Shown here: one piece after another, positions 29,634 through 39,201 of the stretch
Position numbering within the stretch: the first letter of the stretch is position 1
How the letters are laid out: each line of letters opens with the position of its first letter
DNA from: Methanobacteriota archaeon
GTDB taxonomy: Archaea; Halobacteriota; Bog-38; Methanoflorentales; Methanoflorentaceae
NCBI GenBank assembly: GCA_963720465.1
Contig: OY970393.1
Location: forward strand, 1,504,001-1,568,000
DNA length: 64,000 nucleotides
Direction: 5' to 3'
The notes under the pieces: model-generated
Told to the model about the DNA's origin: nothing
The model's input: the letters and a program-made list of their open reading frames with translations, nothing else
Databases searched by the model: none
Made by a program: the position numbers and the translations under genes

Positions 29634-29790
29634 TCATTTTTTGAATTTGGGCCCTTGCTGAGCTTTTCTGTTTACGTTCAGCAACTCTGACGAAAAAAGC
29701 TAGGGCCCCTTCGTGTACCGTTTGATATATGTCCATACTTGAACCTACAAGCCCACAAAACGCCGCGGTCGCCAAATGATCGGGGAGGCG
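29634..29790 (-). pseudogene. Putative Int-N remnant running into the att copy
   Basis: FCGLVGSSMDIYQTVHEGALAFFVRV, homologous to ORF 37420-37605. Confidence 0.6.
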
Positions 29791-30137
29791 TGAGACGGCG
29801 TCGAGCTATGAATGCCTATCTTGTGCCTGCGGTAGCAAGCGTCTCAGAACGCGTCAAGCTCGCATAACTGTTATGATTACATGGCAGCGTTTCAATGATT
29901 GGTTGCGCCGCACCCGAGCAAAGAAGAGCCCGCAAAGGAAGAAGAAGCATCAGCTAAACGCTGCACCGAAGCCGCTGGAAAATAGAAGGACGATCAAGTG
30001 GACGTCAGATCGTTCGAACGTATTCATTTTTTGACCGTTTGAACATCACAGCATAGTTTCTCCGGTCACGTGAAATCGAAGCGTTTATAGCATCTTCTAT
30101 CACGTTTCTGCATCAACGAACGTTTTGGGAGGCAGTC

Positions 30138-32267
30138 ATGCGCGTAAACAAAACCGTCTCATTTTCTGTAGTCATCGTTCTCATTACGATGTTATTTGCA
30201 AGTGTTGTAACCGTTCCTGCGGCAGCGCAGTCGACTCCCCCCACCATAACCTCCGTCAACCCCATCAACAACATGATAAACGTCCCGGTCACCAAGACGA
30301 TCGACATCACTTTCAACAAGACCGTCCAGCAAGGCACGAACTACTCCAACATCGAGCTTAAGAAGGGCGCTATCAGCGTCAACACCACCACCACCATCGC
30401 CGGCGACAAGCTCACCATCACGCCCAACGCCCCGCTCGCCTATAACACCAGCTACACCGTCTTCATTCCCAAAGACGCCGTGAAAAACGGCACGGAGACC
30501 ATGATGAGCGACTTCACCTCGCGCTTCACGACCGTAGCAGTACCGACGAAGGGCAGCACACTTGACGCTCCCGCCACCGCGAACGCCACGAGCAACGTCA
30601 TCAGCGTCACTACCAAGATGCCAACCGCGCTCACCCTTACAGCGTCCAACCCCACGCCCACCGTCAACCAACCGGTAACCTTCACCGCCACCCTCAAGAA
30701 TGGCACAACGCCCCTGTCGTCCAAGTCCGTCACCATCTACCACTACCTTAACAGCGTCCGCTACAACGACACTACCAACGCCACCAATGCCACCGGCCAG
30801 ATCACCGTCACGACAAGCTTTGGCTCTGCCGGCACACGCACCTACTACTCCACCTTTGCCGGGGACGGCTCCTATCAGAACTCGACGAGCAGCGTTGTCA
30901 CCGTGAACGTCACGGCACAGACGCAACTCTCCCTCACCGCGTCAAACACCACCCCCGCCGTCAACCAATCCGTCACTTTTACTGCCACCCTCACGAGTGG
31001 CACGACGCGCCTCCTAGGAAAAAACGTCAGCATTTACCACTACCTCAACGGCGTGCGCTACAACGACACCACTGCGAACACTGGCACCACCGGCCAGATC
31101 ACCGTCACCACGAGCTTTGGTTCTCCCGGAGAACGCACCTACTACGCCAGCTTCGCCGGGAACAGCTCCTACCAGGCGTCGACGAGCAGCGTCGTCAGCG
31201 TCAACGTCGACGCTCAGACGAACATCACCTTTACCGCATCAAACACGACTCCAATCGTCAATCAGTCGGTCAACTTCACGGCCACGCTCTCGTGGTCGAA
31301 CCCCGTGACCAGCCAGCGGCTACCTGTCATCGGCAAATCTATACAGATTTGGCACACCCTCAACGGCGTGCGCTATAACGACACGACAATCAACACGAAC
31401 AGCAGCGGCACGGCAACGTTCACACAGAAGTGGACATCAGCCGGCACACGCTACTATTATGCCACCTTCGCGGGCGACACGTGGTACAAAACCTTTAGCA
31501 GCAGCGCAGTCACCGTTGACGTCCAGACCGACACGCAAACTATCTATTACGTTCCCCAGGCAGGATCAACGTGGGTCAACCAGGGGACGGCAGGCGCCAG
31601 CTATAACGCGTACGTCAGCAATCCTGGCTCATTTCAGACCCAGTCAAACGGCTACCCCTATTGGGGTGACGACACGAGCAGTGATTTTGTCTGCATCCCG
31701 GCGGGCAGCGCAACCAACAACCAGAACGTCGTTTCGTGGGAGATAGGCTTTCATTTCTCCGGAGTAGTGGCTGGCCAGCGCTACCAGAAAATTTGGGACA
31801 AAGCGTGTGGTGGTTTCTTCTTTGAAATTGACACCTCACTTGGCGCTAATAATAGTGAACTTACCATCTACCGCGCGACAACCGGCGGCAGCGGGGCACG
31901 GTGGTACATACCGACTGATACCGTACTCCGCGCAGGCCACAATTATTACATTCAAATTGCGTGGAACACCAGCGCGGGCCCAGGAAACGAACCATATCCG
32001 ACGGTCTGGATCGGTGTGGATGGAAACGCGCCGGTGCATCAAACGCACTTCGACGAGAGCGGCGGCGCTCTTGGCGGAACCGGATCATGGTGCAACGATT
32101 CAGTGGGTTCTGCGAACCTGGGCAATACGGGTTCAGACGCTCCTGGCAAAGCGTCAGCGAAGATTGACTCGCTCAACGGCGGCTTCTTTGTCTACCGGCA
32201 ATTCAGTTCAATCGTTAATTTTAGTAACGGTGGAAACTGGAACACCGATAAACTGCGCTGGACCTAG
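30138..32267 (+). CDS. Secreted protein: SbsA-type Ig domain + 3 Ig-like repeats + C-terminal LamG/concanavalin-like domain
   Basis: Shared MRVxK signal peptide; PPTITSVNP...ITFN...LTITPNAPLAYNTSYTV; Ig repeats as in the 26891 gene; beta-rich C-terminal domain. Confidence 0.8.
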   Translation: MRVNKTVSFSVVIVLITMLFASVVTVPAAAQSTPPTITSVNPINNMINVPVTKTIDITFNKTVQQGTNYSNIELKKGAISVNTTTTIAGDKLTITPNAPLAYNTSYTVFIPKDAVKNGTETMMSDFTSRFTTVAVPTKGSTLDAPATANATSNVISVTTKMPTALTLTASNPTPTVNQPVTFTATLKNGTTPLSSKSVTIYHYLNSVRYNDTTNATNATGQITVTTSFGSAGTRTYYSTFAGDGSYQNSTSSVVTVNVTAQTQLSLTASNTTPAVNQSVTFTATLTSGTTRLLGKNVSIYHYLNGVRYNDTTANTGTTGQITVTTSFGSPGERTYYASFAGNSSYQASTSSVVSVNVDAQTNITFTASNTTPIVNQSVNFTATLSWSNPVTSQRLPVIGKSIQIWHTLNGVRYNDTTINTNSSGTATFTQKWTSAGTRYYYATFAGDTWYKTFSSSAVTVDVQTDTQTIYYVPQAGSTWVNQGTAGASYNAYVSNPGSFQTQSNGYPYWGDDTSSDFVCIPAGSATNNQNVVSWEIGFHFSGVVAGQRYQKIWDKACGGFFFEIDTSLGANNSELTIYRATTGGSGARWYIPTDTVLRAGHNYYIQIAWNTSAGPGNEPYPTVWIGVDGNAPVHQTHFDESGGALGGTGSWCNDSVGSANLGNTGSDAPGKASAKIDSLNGGFFVYRQFSSIVNFSNGGNWNTDKLRWT

Positions 32268-32671
32268 CGCCTGTATATCGGGAAGTGCGTATGATCCGGG
32301 AGGCGAAGGTGTGAAAAGAGCGGTAATGCGCGTAAGAGCGCAGCGCAACCCTAGGCGAGATTTGCAGTAGCAGAGCCGGCCGGGCTGTTGATAAGCACGC
32401 TCGAAAGGTGTGCGACAGCAAAACCCATATGGGAGCAGTTTGCTTGGCGTTGAAAAGGGTGCGGGGAGAGAGAGCGCAAAGCGGGCACCACCTTCAAGGA
32501 TGAGGAAAAAGGCGCGTGCCCGGTCAGCACGACCGAACTGTGATTGCCTTCTAAAGTGGGAAATATCTTTTGAAGAGAGAGAATGCGCTTAGATTTTGTC
32601 GCTGAGCGCTTACAATGCCGTTAAACGGGTTATTTGTTATGCCTAATCTGCGTATGTGTAACTATCGGTCA

Positions 32672-33143
32672 TCAATGCTGTGATTCGAGAATCTTAGCTA
32701 CAAAGCGCTTTACATCTGCGGCGTACTCCGTGCTTTTAACATCTCCCTCAAGAATGTCAAGCTTGCCAGCTGCTGGCATTCCGCAAAGTTTTTCCATGGT
32801 TTTGAGTGCCTTTTCACTCCCGGAACCTCCGTACGTGCAAAAGAATGCGACGCTCTTGAACTTGTTTTTGTTCTGCAGTAGATACGTCCGCACCGGGCCG
32901 GACATATTTCTTGCCCATACCGGAGTGCCGACAACGACCAGATCATATAATGAGGCATCGTTCTTAGGGGGAGCGATTCTCGCGCGAGTTCTGAGCAATG
33001 TCTGCAGTACCAGCTGAGCTCATGCCCTTTCCCTGCGTGTCGGAGACGATCGCCTCTATGTCAGCGCCGAGGGCGCCTGCAAGCGCTTCAGCTACAATTC
33101 TCGTATTTCCGGTTCGTGAGTAAAATGCTACGAGCGATTTCAT
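32672..33143 (-). pseudogene. Frameshifted flavodoxin-family gene (paralog of 8589-9062)
   Basis: MKSLVAFYSRTGNT in one frame, GTPVW...VAFFCT in another; shift near 33015-33020. Confidence 0.8.
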
Positions 33144-33577
33144 AGGTCGAGATACGAGGCACTACTTAATAGAACCGCCAGTCTGAGTTGTTACCAAAAA
33201 CGAGCTGGAGTCACGCCAATGGACAGCGAAGACGTGAATGATGCAAGAAAAGCGACGAATTTCAAAAGTGAGGCTTTGTGAGGCTCCGACCTCGCAACAA
33301 ACCATTGCTGGGGTAATAGTCAGCAGATAAAACTTAAGTTCCTGCAGTGAGCAGCAAGGGGGCCTTATCGCCCTCGGCTCCTTTTTTTCGCAAGTAGGCC
33401 CGAGCCAAGTAGCAGAACGGCTTCCTTTGGTCCTATCCTAGCCCCTAGCTCATTATCTCTTTTTTCGATTTCAAGGCCCCAAAGCAACTTAGCGCCCCTC
33501 ACTCGCCTTTTTGCGACCGGAGGCTTTATTTATCCCTTGACATTTTGTTAGGGCAACGAACGTTTTTCGAGGCAATC

Positions 33578-34798
33578 ATGCGCGTATACAAAATCGTCTC
33601 ATTTTCTGTGGTCATTCTTCTCATTAGCGTGTTATTTGCAGGCGTTGTAATCGTTCCTGCCGTGGCGCAGTACGATACGCAATACCAGTATAACGCTGCG
33701 CACACGGGCGATTACAGCCTGGTAGCAGGGAGCACACCACCAAACAACGTTCAGAAGTGGAGCTTCACGACCGGAGACCTCGTCGACTCCTCCCCCGCCG
33801 TCGTTAACGGCGTGGTCTACCTGGGAAGCAATGACCACAACATCTACGCGCTTAACGCCACCACTGGAGCGAAGGTGTGGAACTATACGACCGCAGGCTT
33901 GGTTGAATCCTCCCCCGCCGTAGTTAACGGGGTGGTATTCGTGGGGAGCGAGGACGGCAACGTCTACGCGCTCAACGCCAGCAACGGGGCGAAAGTGTGG
34001 AACTATACGACCGCAGGCTTGGTTGAATCCTCCCCCGCCGTAGTTAACGGGGTGGTATTCGTGGGGAGCGAGGACGGCAACGTCTACGCGCTCAACGCCA
34101 GCAACGGGGCGAAAGTGTGGAACTATACAACCTTAGGCGAGGTGTACTCGTCTCCCGCCGTTTTAAAGGGCGTCGTGTATGTGGGGAGCTATGACAACAA
34201 CGTCTACGCGCTCAACGCCAGCAACGGGGCGAAAGTGTGGAACTATACGACCGCAGGCTTGGTTGAATCCTCCCCCGCCGTCGTTAACGGCACGCTGTAC
34301 GTCGGGAGCTCTGACAACAACCTCTACGCCCTCAACGCCAGCAACGGGGCGAAAGTGTGGAATTATACGACCGGAGGCCACGTGCTCTCCTCTCCTGCCG
34401 TTGTCAACGGCACGCTGTACGTCGGGAGCTCTGACAACAACCTCTACGCCCTCAACGCCAGCAACGGGGCGAAGCTGTGGAGCTTTGCAACCGGGTTCAC
34501 GGTTTACTCCTCCCCCGCCGTCGCCAATGGCGTCGTCTACGTGGGGAGCGATGACAGCAACGTCTACGCCCTCAACGCCAGCAACGGGGCGAAGCTGTGG
34601 AGCTTTGCAACCGGGGCCGGGGTGGAATCCTCTCCTGCCGTCGTTAACGGCACGGTGTATGTAGGGAGCGAGGACAGCAACGTCTACGCAATCGGCAACG
34701 GAGCTGCGGCCACAAGTCATGGGATACCCGGCTTCGACGTCACGCTCGCTCTTGTCGGACTCATAATCATCGCTTACGCATTGAGGAGAAAACGCTAG
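33578..34798 (+). CDS. Secreted 8-bladed PQQ-like beta-propeller surface glycoprotein with PGF-CTERM
   Basis: Same architecture; IPGFDV + TM + RRKR. Confidence 0.92.
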   Translation: MRVYKIVSFSVVILLISVLFAGVVIVPAVAQYDTQYQYNAAHTGDYSLVAGSTPPNNVQKWSFTTGDLVDSSPAVVNGVVYLGSNDHNIYALNATTGAKVWNYTTAGLVESSPAVVNGVVFVGSEDGNVYALNASNGAKVWNYTTAGLVESSPAVVNGVVFVGSEDGNVYALNASNGAKVWNYTTLGEVYSSPAVLKGVVYVGSYDNNVYALNASNGAKVWNYTTAGLVESSPAVVNGTLYVGSSDNNLYALNASNGAKVWNYTTGGHVLSSPAVVNGTLYVGSSDNNLYALNASNGAKLWSFATGFTVYSSPAVANGVVYVGSDDSNVYALNASNGAKLWSFATGAGVESSPAVVNGTVYVGSEDSNVYAIGNGAAATSHGIPGFDVTLALVGLIIIAYALRRKR

Positions 34799-34869
34799 CG
34801 CCCTCCGACCTCTCTTTCTTTACGGAAGGGGCGTGCCGAAACACCTAGAACTTGCATGAGCGTGCCTAG

Positions 34870-35118
34870 CTCAGGTTTTTAAGCTCATGCCTCCCCCTAC
34901 TTTATACAGAGGTCATGAACCGAATCAGGAAGCGGATGCTTGTAAAATCGCCCGTCAACGCCCAATACACCGTGAGTGAGAACACGAGCACGATTTGACG
35001 GCTCCCATTGAATAATATCGCCGTGCTGCTCAGCAAGTTTTCGCAAGTCTCCAAGAACGGAACGTCCCTTGAACCGCGCCGTGGGCATTTTCTGCCTCTT
35101 GACCCCCCCCTTAAGAAA
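34870..35118 (-). pseudogene. Integrase 3'-tail remnant E
   Basis: KRQKMPTARFKGRSVLGDLRKLAEQHGDIIQWEPSNRARVLTHGVLGVDGRFYKHPLP. Confidence 0.9.
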
Positions 35119-35124
35119 ACCAGA

Positions 35125-35149
35125 GGCCGAGGGCGAGATTCAAACCCAC
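35125..35149 (-). repeat. 3'-end fragment of a non-Val tRNA (att-like)
   Basis: GTGGG-TTTGAAT-CTCGC-CCTCGGC-C reads as T-arm + acceptor 3' strand. Confidence 0.55.
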
Positions 35150-35159
35150 TTAACCTAGG

Positions 35160-36065
35160 TTAGCGTCCCCCCGTAAAGATGGCGAGGTCGATTGCGTTCC
35201 CCATCGCAGTATATCCTGCCTGGTTCGGATGCACGCCGTCAGCCATTACGAGCGCAGGATTTGAATGTCCGGGATTCAATGGGTTGTCTATGACTGGATA
35301 AAAATTGATGACCGGGTACCCCTTCAAATTTGCGTACTCAACTATCCACGCGTTCAAACTGTCCCGTTCCGCGAGGTGGTAACTGCTGGGTATGACGGTA
35401 CAGAGGACAGGCACCGCGCCGTAGGATTCGACACGACTGCACATCGCCACGATATTCGCCTGTGTAGTTGCAAGCGGCACTTCACCATTCACTATGTCAT
35501 TCGTACCGCCCATGATAATGACGAAATGCGGGTCTAAAGCAAGGGCCGTGTCTATACGGGCGACCATATCCGCCGTTTTAGCCCCGCCAACGCCCTGATC
35601 AACTACCTCCCAATCCCCGCCGAGGCGTGTTTTGAGAAGATATGGCCAGTTATTCGGGTCAGAAAACCCTTCCGTGATTGAATCTCCGACACAAACTATA
35701 AGGTGCGCGTGCAGCTGGTGCGGCGGGGACATTGGGACTGAAGTAGTCTTGCCACTGCTGCTGCCGAATGGAAACGAGCCCGCTACGAGAGATAACAATA
35801 AAAGGACTAGCACGCCGTAAAGGATATATCGCTTGTCGACCTGCTGGGATGGCTCCCGAGGCGGCAGAGCGTGTGACAGCTTATCGCCTGAAAGCTTTAG
35901 TGGGGGATGTTGGGGAGACCGGTGGGGCGGTAGCCTTGCACGGGGGAGGAAGGATGTGCCGCAATCTGCGCACAATGCGGCGTACGGTTGATTCCTCGCA
36001 CCACATTTCTCGCAGAACTTTTTGTTACCCATAACGCGCTCGTATACGTAAGTCGGCTCAAACAA
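35160..36065 (-). CDS. Membrane-anchored SGNH/GDSL hydrolase with an N-terminal zinc ribbon
   Basis: CEKCG...CADCG, TM helix, GDSIT, GGTND, DGVHPN. Confidence 0.9.
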   Translation of the reverse strand: MFEPTYVYERVMGNKKFCEKCGARNQPYAALCADCGTSFLPRARLPPHRSPQHPPLKLSGDKLSHALPPREPSQQVDKRYILYGVLVLLLLSLVAGSFPFGSSSGKTTSVPMSPPHQLHAHLIVCVGDSITEGFSDPNNWPYLLKTRLGGDWEVVDQGVGGAKTADMVARIDTALALDPHFVIIMGGTNDIVNGEVPLATTQANIVAMCSRVESYGAVPVLCTVIPSSYHLAERDSLNAWIVEYANLKGYPVINFYPVIDNPLNPGHSNPALVMADGVHPNQAGYTAMGNAIDLAIFTGGR

Positions 36066-36517
36066 TAGAGCTAAGGTCGGTTTATCCTAAGTGTTGCCTA
36101 CCGTTTTGGCTTACACACACGCGACTTAAAGATACCGATTTATGCCGCCATTTTTGATGTGTTAACGTGCACATTCATAGAAACGCGTTCCCGTGTTGAG
36201 ACAGACCGCGTCAGCGGTAGCTTGAGAGCACATTCTTGCAGTTGGGTTATCACGTTCAGCACGAATTCGCCACTCGTACAAGCAGTGTACGCCCGGATCA
36301 ATAAAGGCGAGAAGATGGAGGCCTTCTACAAGCTCTTTGCTGCTTACATTCGCACAATACCGGTGGAATAGCTAATAGAAAGCGTAGAACGAGCGCGGCG
36401 AGACGCCCAACTACGGCACGTGGTAATATAGGAGTGCCGGCGGCTACTGCCTCGGCAGAGCCGAACGTCTTGAGGGATCGTATTTGCGAACGCTTGCGAT
36501 CGAGTTGGGGGCGACAG

Positions 36518-37183
36518 TCACATCCGACCCTTCTCCATCCAATACTCATACTGATGAACCCGGTCCGCCTTGTTTGCCTCGATTAGTTGCGCGAAGAACG
36601 TTCTTCTCTCTGCGATCTCCTTCTCCTGCGCCGGATACGCGCGCTTTGTTTGAATCGATTCTGCGAGCGTCGTTCCGAGCTTAAACGCCTCGTTAATAGC
36701 AGCATCAAGGGCAGCAGAGTTCCTGTCAAGGGCAACGCCGACCTGTCCTACCGTCAAGACGCCGAGTTCATTCAGGAAATGGTTCATGTAGTCGAGCACT
36801 GCTGCGTCACCTGAACCACCGGACGTGGTCACGGAACAGCCATATTTACCCGAAAGCAGCTGACAATAAATGGCATCGGCCATCCGATCGATAACTGTCT
36901 TAAGTTGCGCGGTCACGCTGTGCATGTACACAGGCGACCCGAGCACGATCCCATCGGCGCTGAGCATCTTGTCTACCAATTCAGCGAGATCGTCCGCCTG
37001 AACACACTCACCTTCGGCGTAACAAACCTGACACCCGAGACAATACCGTATGTCCAGTGCGCCGATATCAACCAGTTCCGTTTCTGCTCCGCGCTCCTTG
37101 GCACCATCTAGGACAGCATCAACCAGCTTAAGCGTCCGACTGTTCTTCCCACGCGGACTGCTGTTTATTCCGAGTATTTTCAT
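36518..37183 (-). CDS. Iron-sulfur flavoprotein / flavodoxin-family (NADPH-FMN reductase-like)
   Basis: INSSPR, CLGCQVC...C, GSPVY, LKTVIDR. Confidence 0.9.
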   Translation of the reverse strand: MKILGINSSPRGKNSRTLKLVDAVLDGAKERGAETELVDIGALDIRYCLGCQVCYAEGECVQADDLAELVDKMLSADGIVLGSPVYMHSVTAQLKTVIDRMADAIYCQLLSGKYGCSVTTSGGSGDAAVLDYMNHFLNELGVLTVGQVGVALDRNSAALDAAINEAFKLGTTLAESIQTKRAYPAQEKEIAERRTFFAQLIEANKADRVHQYEYWMEKGRM

Positions 37184-37419
37184 CGTTGTACCTCGATTAC
37201 GTACGACAGGCCCCGCTGCTAAAATAGTTATTTCAGACTGACAACAAACATACGCTCGATATGGAGTTGCAATCGCGGTGTGGCAATATTCGCGAGGAGG
37301 AGGACTGGGGCTGCATAACAGAGGACGATGTACGCCAAGGGCAGCGACTAGCTGACACGATCTTCGTTGTCACCCTGTAAGCACACAAAGCGGCCCTGCG
37401 TGCACCAAAAAGCGAGCTA

Positions 37420-37605
37420 TTGGAGATCCGTCGCAGCAAAATCTCGATCCACCACGTCAAGGCAGGATATGACTACCCAGCAATACGCATTCCCTTCACC
37501 TTTTCAGGGCTTATAGGGCTGTCAACGTGCATCTACCAAACGGTTCATGCTGGGGCTCTTGCGTTCCTCGTAGTTGTCTCGCCGACGTCAAAAAAAGCAG
37601 TCTAG
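37420..37605 (+). CDS. Small AbrB-like protein / putative Int-N fragment
   Basis: YDYPAIRIPFTFSGLIG...IYQTVHAGALAFLVVV, homolog of 29634-29790; followed by CGTCTTGACAT (Val-GAC anticodon-arm-like) at about 37643-37653. Confidence 0.55.
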   Translation: MEIRRSKISIHHVKAGYDYPAIRIPFTFSGLIGLSTCIYQTVHAGALAFLVVVSPTSKKAV

Positions 37606-37714
37606 ATAAACGCGAAAACGCGAGTTTAAGCGTCAAATCCCCCGTCTTGACATTACGGTGCGTAACAACCAACTTATGATCGCCTATATCAGGCGGAGGT
37701 TAATTCGTTGTAAA

Positions 37715-37861
37715 AACCCAGCTAAGAAGTGTGGCGCCATCATTTCTTTAAGCGGAATCGCGTTTATTGCTCTTCCCGCAGGAATATTTGACGCCGGCTA
37801 CCTTGACGAGTGTCAACACCGACGCAATGAAAATCAGCAAACAGAGTCCAATTCCCCTTGA
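37715..37861 (+). pseudogene. C-terminal fragment of a potassium/ion channel (S6 helix)
   Basis: KCGAIISLSGIAFIALPAGIFDAGYLDE. Confidence 0.65.
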
Positions 37862-37883
37862 AATCGCTATCGGCTATTTTTAT

Positions 37884-38165
37884 TTAGATATTCTCTAAAT
37901 AATAGGGGTCGTTCTCGTCGCGTGGCACGAGAGTTATCTCATCATCCCAGGCGTCTTTTATCACGTAGGATTTGGCGACCGCATCACAAAAATAGGTATG
38001 TCCATTTAGCGCCCCCCGGAGCGTATTATACTTAGCGACGACGTAACTCGTATTTTTATCAATAAGCGCGGTTTCGGGCGCGCCGTTAACCTCTATTGTC
38101 GATATGATTATTCCCTTGACACCATCGCGCGCTATCTGTGTTTGACTTGGACGGCAGCATGCCAT
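37884..38165 (-). CDS. Hypothetical protein
   Basis: 93-aa ORF with an SD-like GAGGG upstream and a TATA-like element. Confidence 0.45.
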   Translation of the reverse strand: MACCRPSQTQIARDGVKGIIISTIEVNGAPETALIDKNTSYVVAKYNTLRGALNGHTYFCDAVAKSYVIKDAWDDEITLVPRDENDPYYLENI

Positions 38166-38640
38166 TTTTAACCCTCTATGCCCTCGATGTGTATATCACT
38201 CTTAACAATTCCTATGACGGATAGTCCTGCCGCGATCATGCCTTGCGACTTTTCTTTGAGTTGGAGTAGACAATGTCAAAGCGTTAAGGAGAGGCTCCGT
38301 TTCTGCATACCCCTTTTTTCGCCCTCAAATAACTCTCTTGAATCACGCTAGTATTGCCTCTGAATAACACGGGATGGAGACTGAAGGACTTCTCACAGTT
38401 CCTTAAAAAAATACACCATATCCAGTCTCCTATAGATAATAAAATCCCTTGCGGATCACTGAACGCGGCGTGGCGCGTTTTACCTTGGCTTAGAATCTGA
38501 ACCAGTCATGGAGGAAACATCTTTCCGATAGAGGTTGATGGTCACCCGCTGACTAGGAGCACACATACTGAACACCCCTACTCTCAAGCTCGCGCAGATA
38601 CAATCGGTGCCTTTAAGCGCTCTGATTCAGGGAGTATCAT

Positions 38641-39201
38641 TCAGCGTAGAAGGCTTACGCTTTTAAGCTCCTTAACGATTCGATCGACCGCATTAGCCGC
38701 ATCTTCGAGCTTTCGGCCGCCGGTTATAACCAGTTTGCCGGAACCAAACAAAAGAATCACCACTTTAGGATCCGATACCCGGTAGACGAGGCCGGGAAAC
38801 TGCTCGGGCTCGTACTCAATGTTCTCAAGCCCGAGACCGGTGGCAATTGCGTTCAAATTCAAAACTGCGTGAAGATCTGCTGACGCGACGATGTTCTGGA
38901 CTTTAATCTCGGGCGTTCCCTTCACGTCGATTCCGATATTTCGTAGACTTTGAAATAGATTTTCAATGCCTTTATGAACCTCATCTATGCTCTTTGCACC
39001 CGTACAGACAATTTTTCCCGATCGGAAAATTAACGCGGTGGTCTTTGGGTTCTTGGTCCGATAAACGAGGCCGGGAAACCGTTCAGGGTCATAATCTGCA
39101 CCCTCTAACGCAAGCGTGGCTTGCTTGAGGTTTATCTCTATTCCGATGCCGGTTGAGGCTACCACATTTTCAATTTTAATAGTGTCCCGCGGTTCAACCA
39201 T
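38641..39201 (-). CDS. tbp: TATA-box-binding protein
   Basis: Two TBP repeats: IENVVAS...YDPERFPGLVYR...IFRSGKIVCTGAKS and VQNIVAS...YEPEQFPGLVYR...LFGSGKLVITG. Confidence 0.97.
   Translation of the reverse strand: MVEPRDTIKIENVVASTGIGIEINLKQATLALEGADYDPERFPGLVYRTKNPKTTALIFRSGKIVCTGAKSIDEVHKGIENLFQSLRNIGIDVKGTPEIKVQNIVASADLHAVLNLNAIATGLGLENIEYEPEQFPGLVYRVSDPKVVILLFGSGKLVITGGRKLEDAANAVDRIVKELKSVSLLR

Noticed and set aside
30192-30926. Long antisense or overlapping ORFs (also 34163-34720, 57356-58123, 60403-60993, 18874-19473)
   Set aside because: Shadows of real genes caused by codon bias; no recognisable motifs.
23900-34700. CRISPR array suggested by the regular repeats
   Set aside because: Units are in-frame 120-bp or ~300-bp coding repeats with no unique spacers; no cas genes.
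23746-34798. Diversity-generating retroelement acting on the propellers
   Set aside because: No reverse transcriptase in the window, no TR/VR pair, and differences are not restricted to adenines.
38372-38432. Structured element downstream of tbp (GGAGACTG/CAGTCTCC)
   Set aside because: Only two short stems; could be chance or a terminator.
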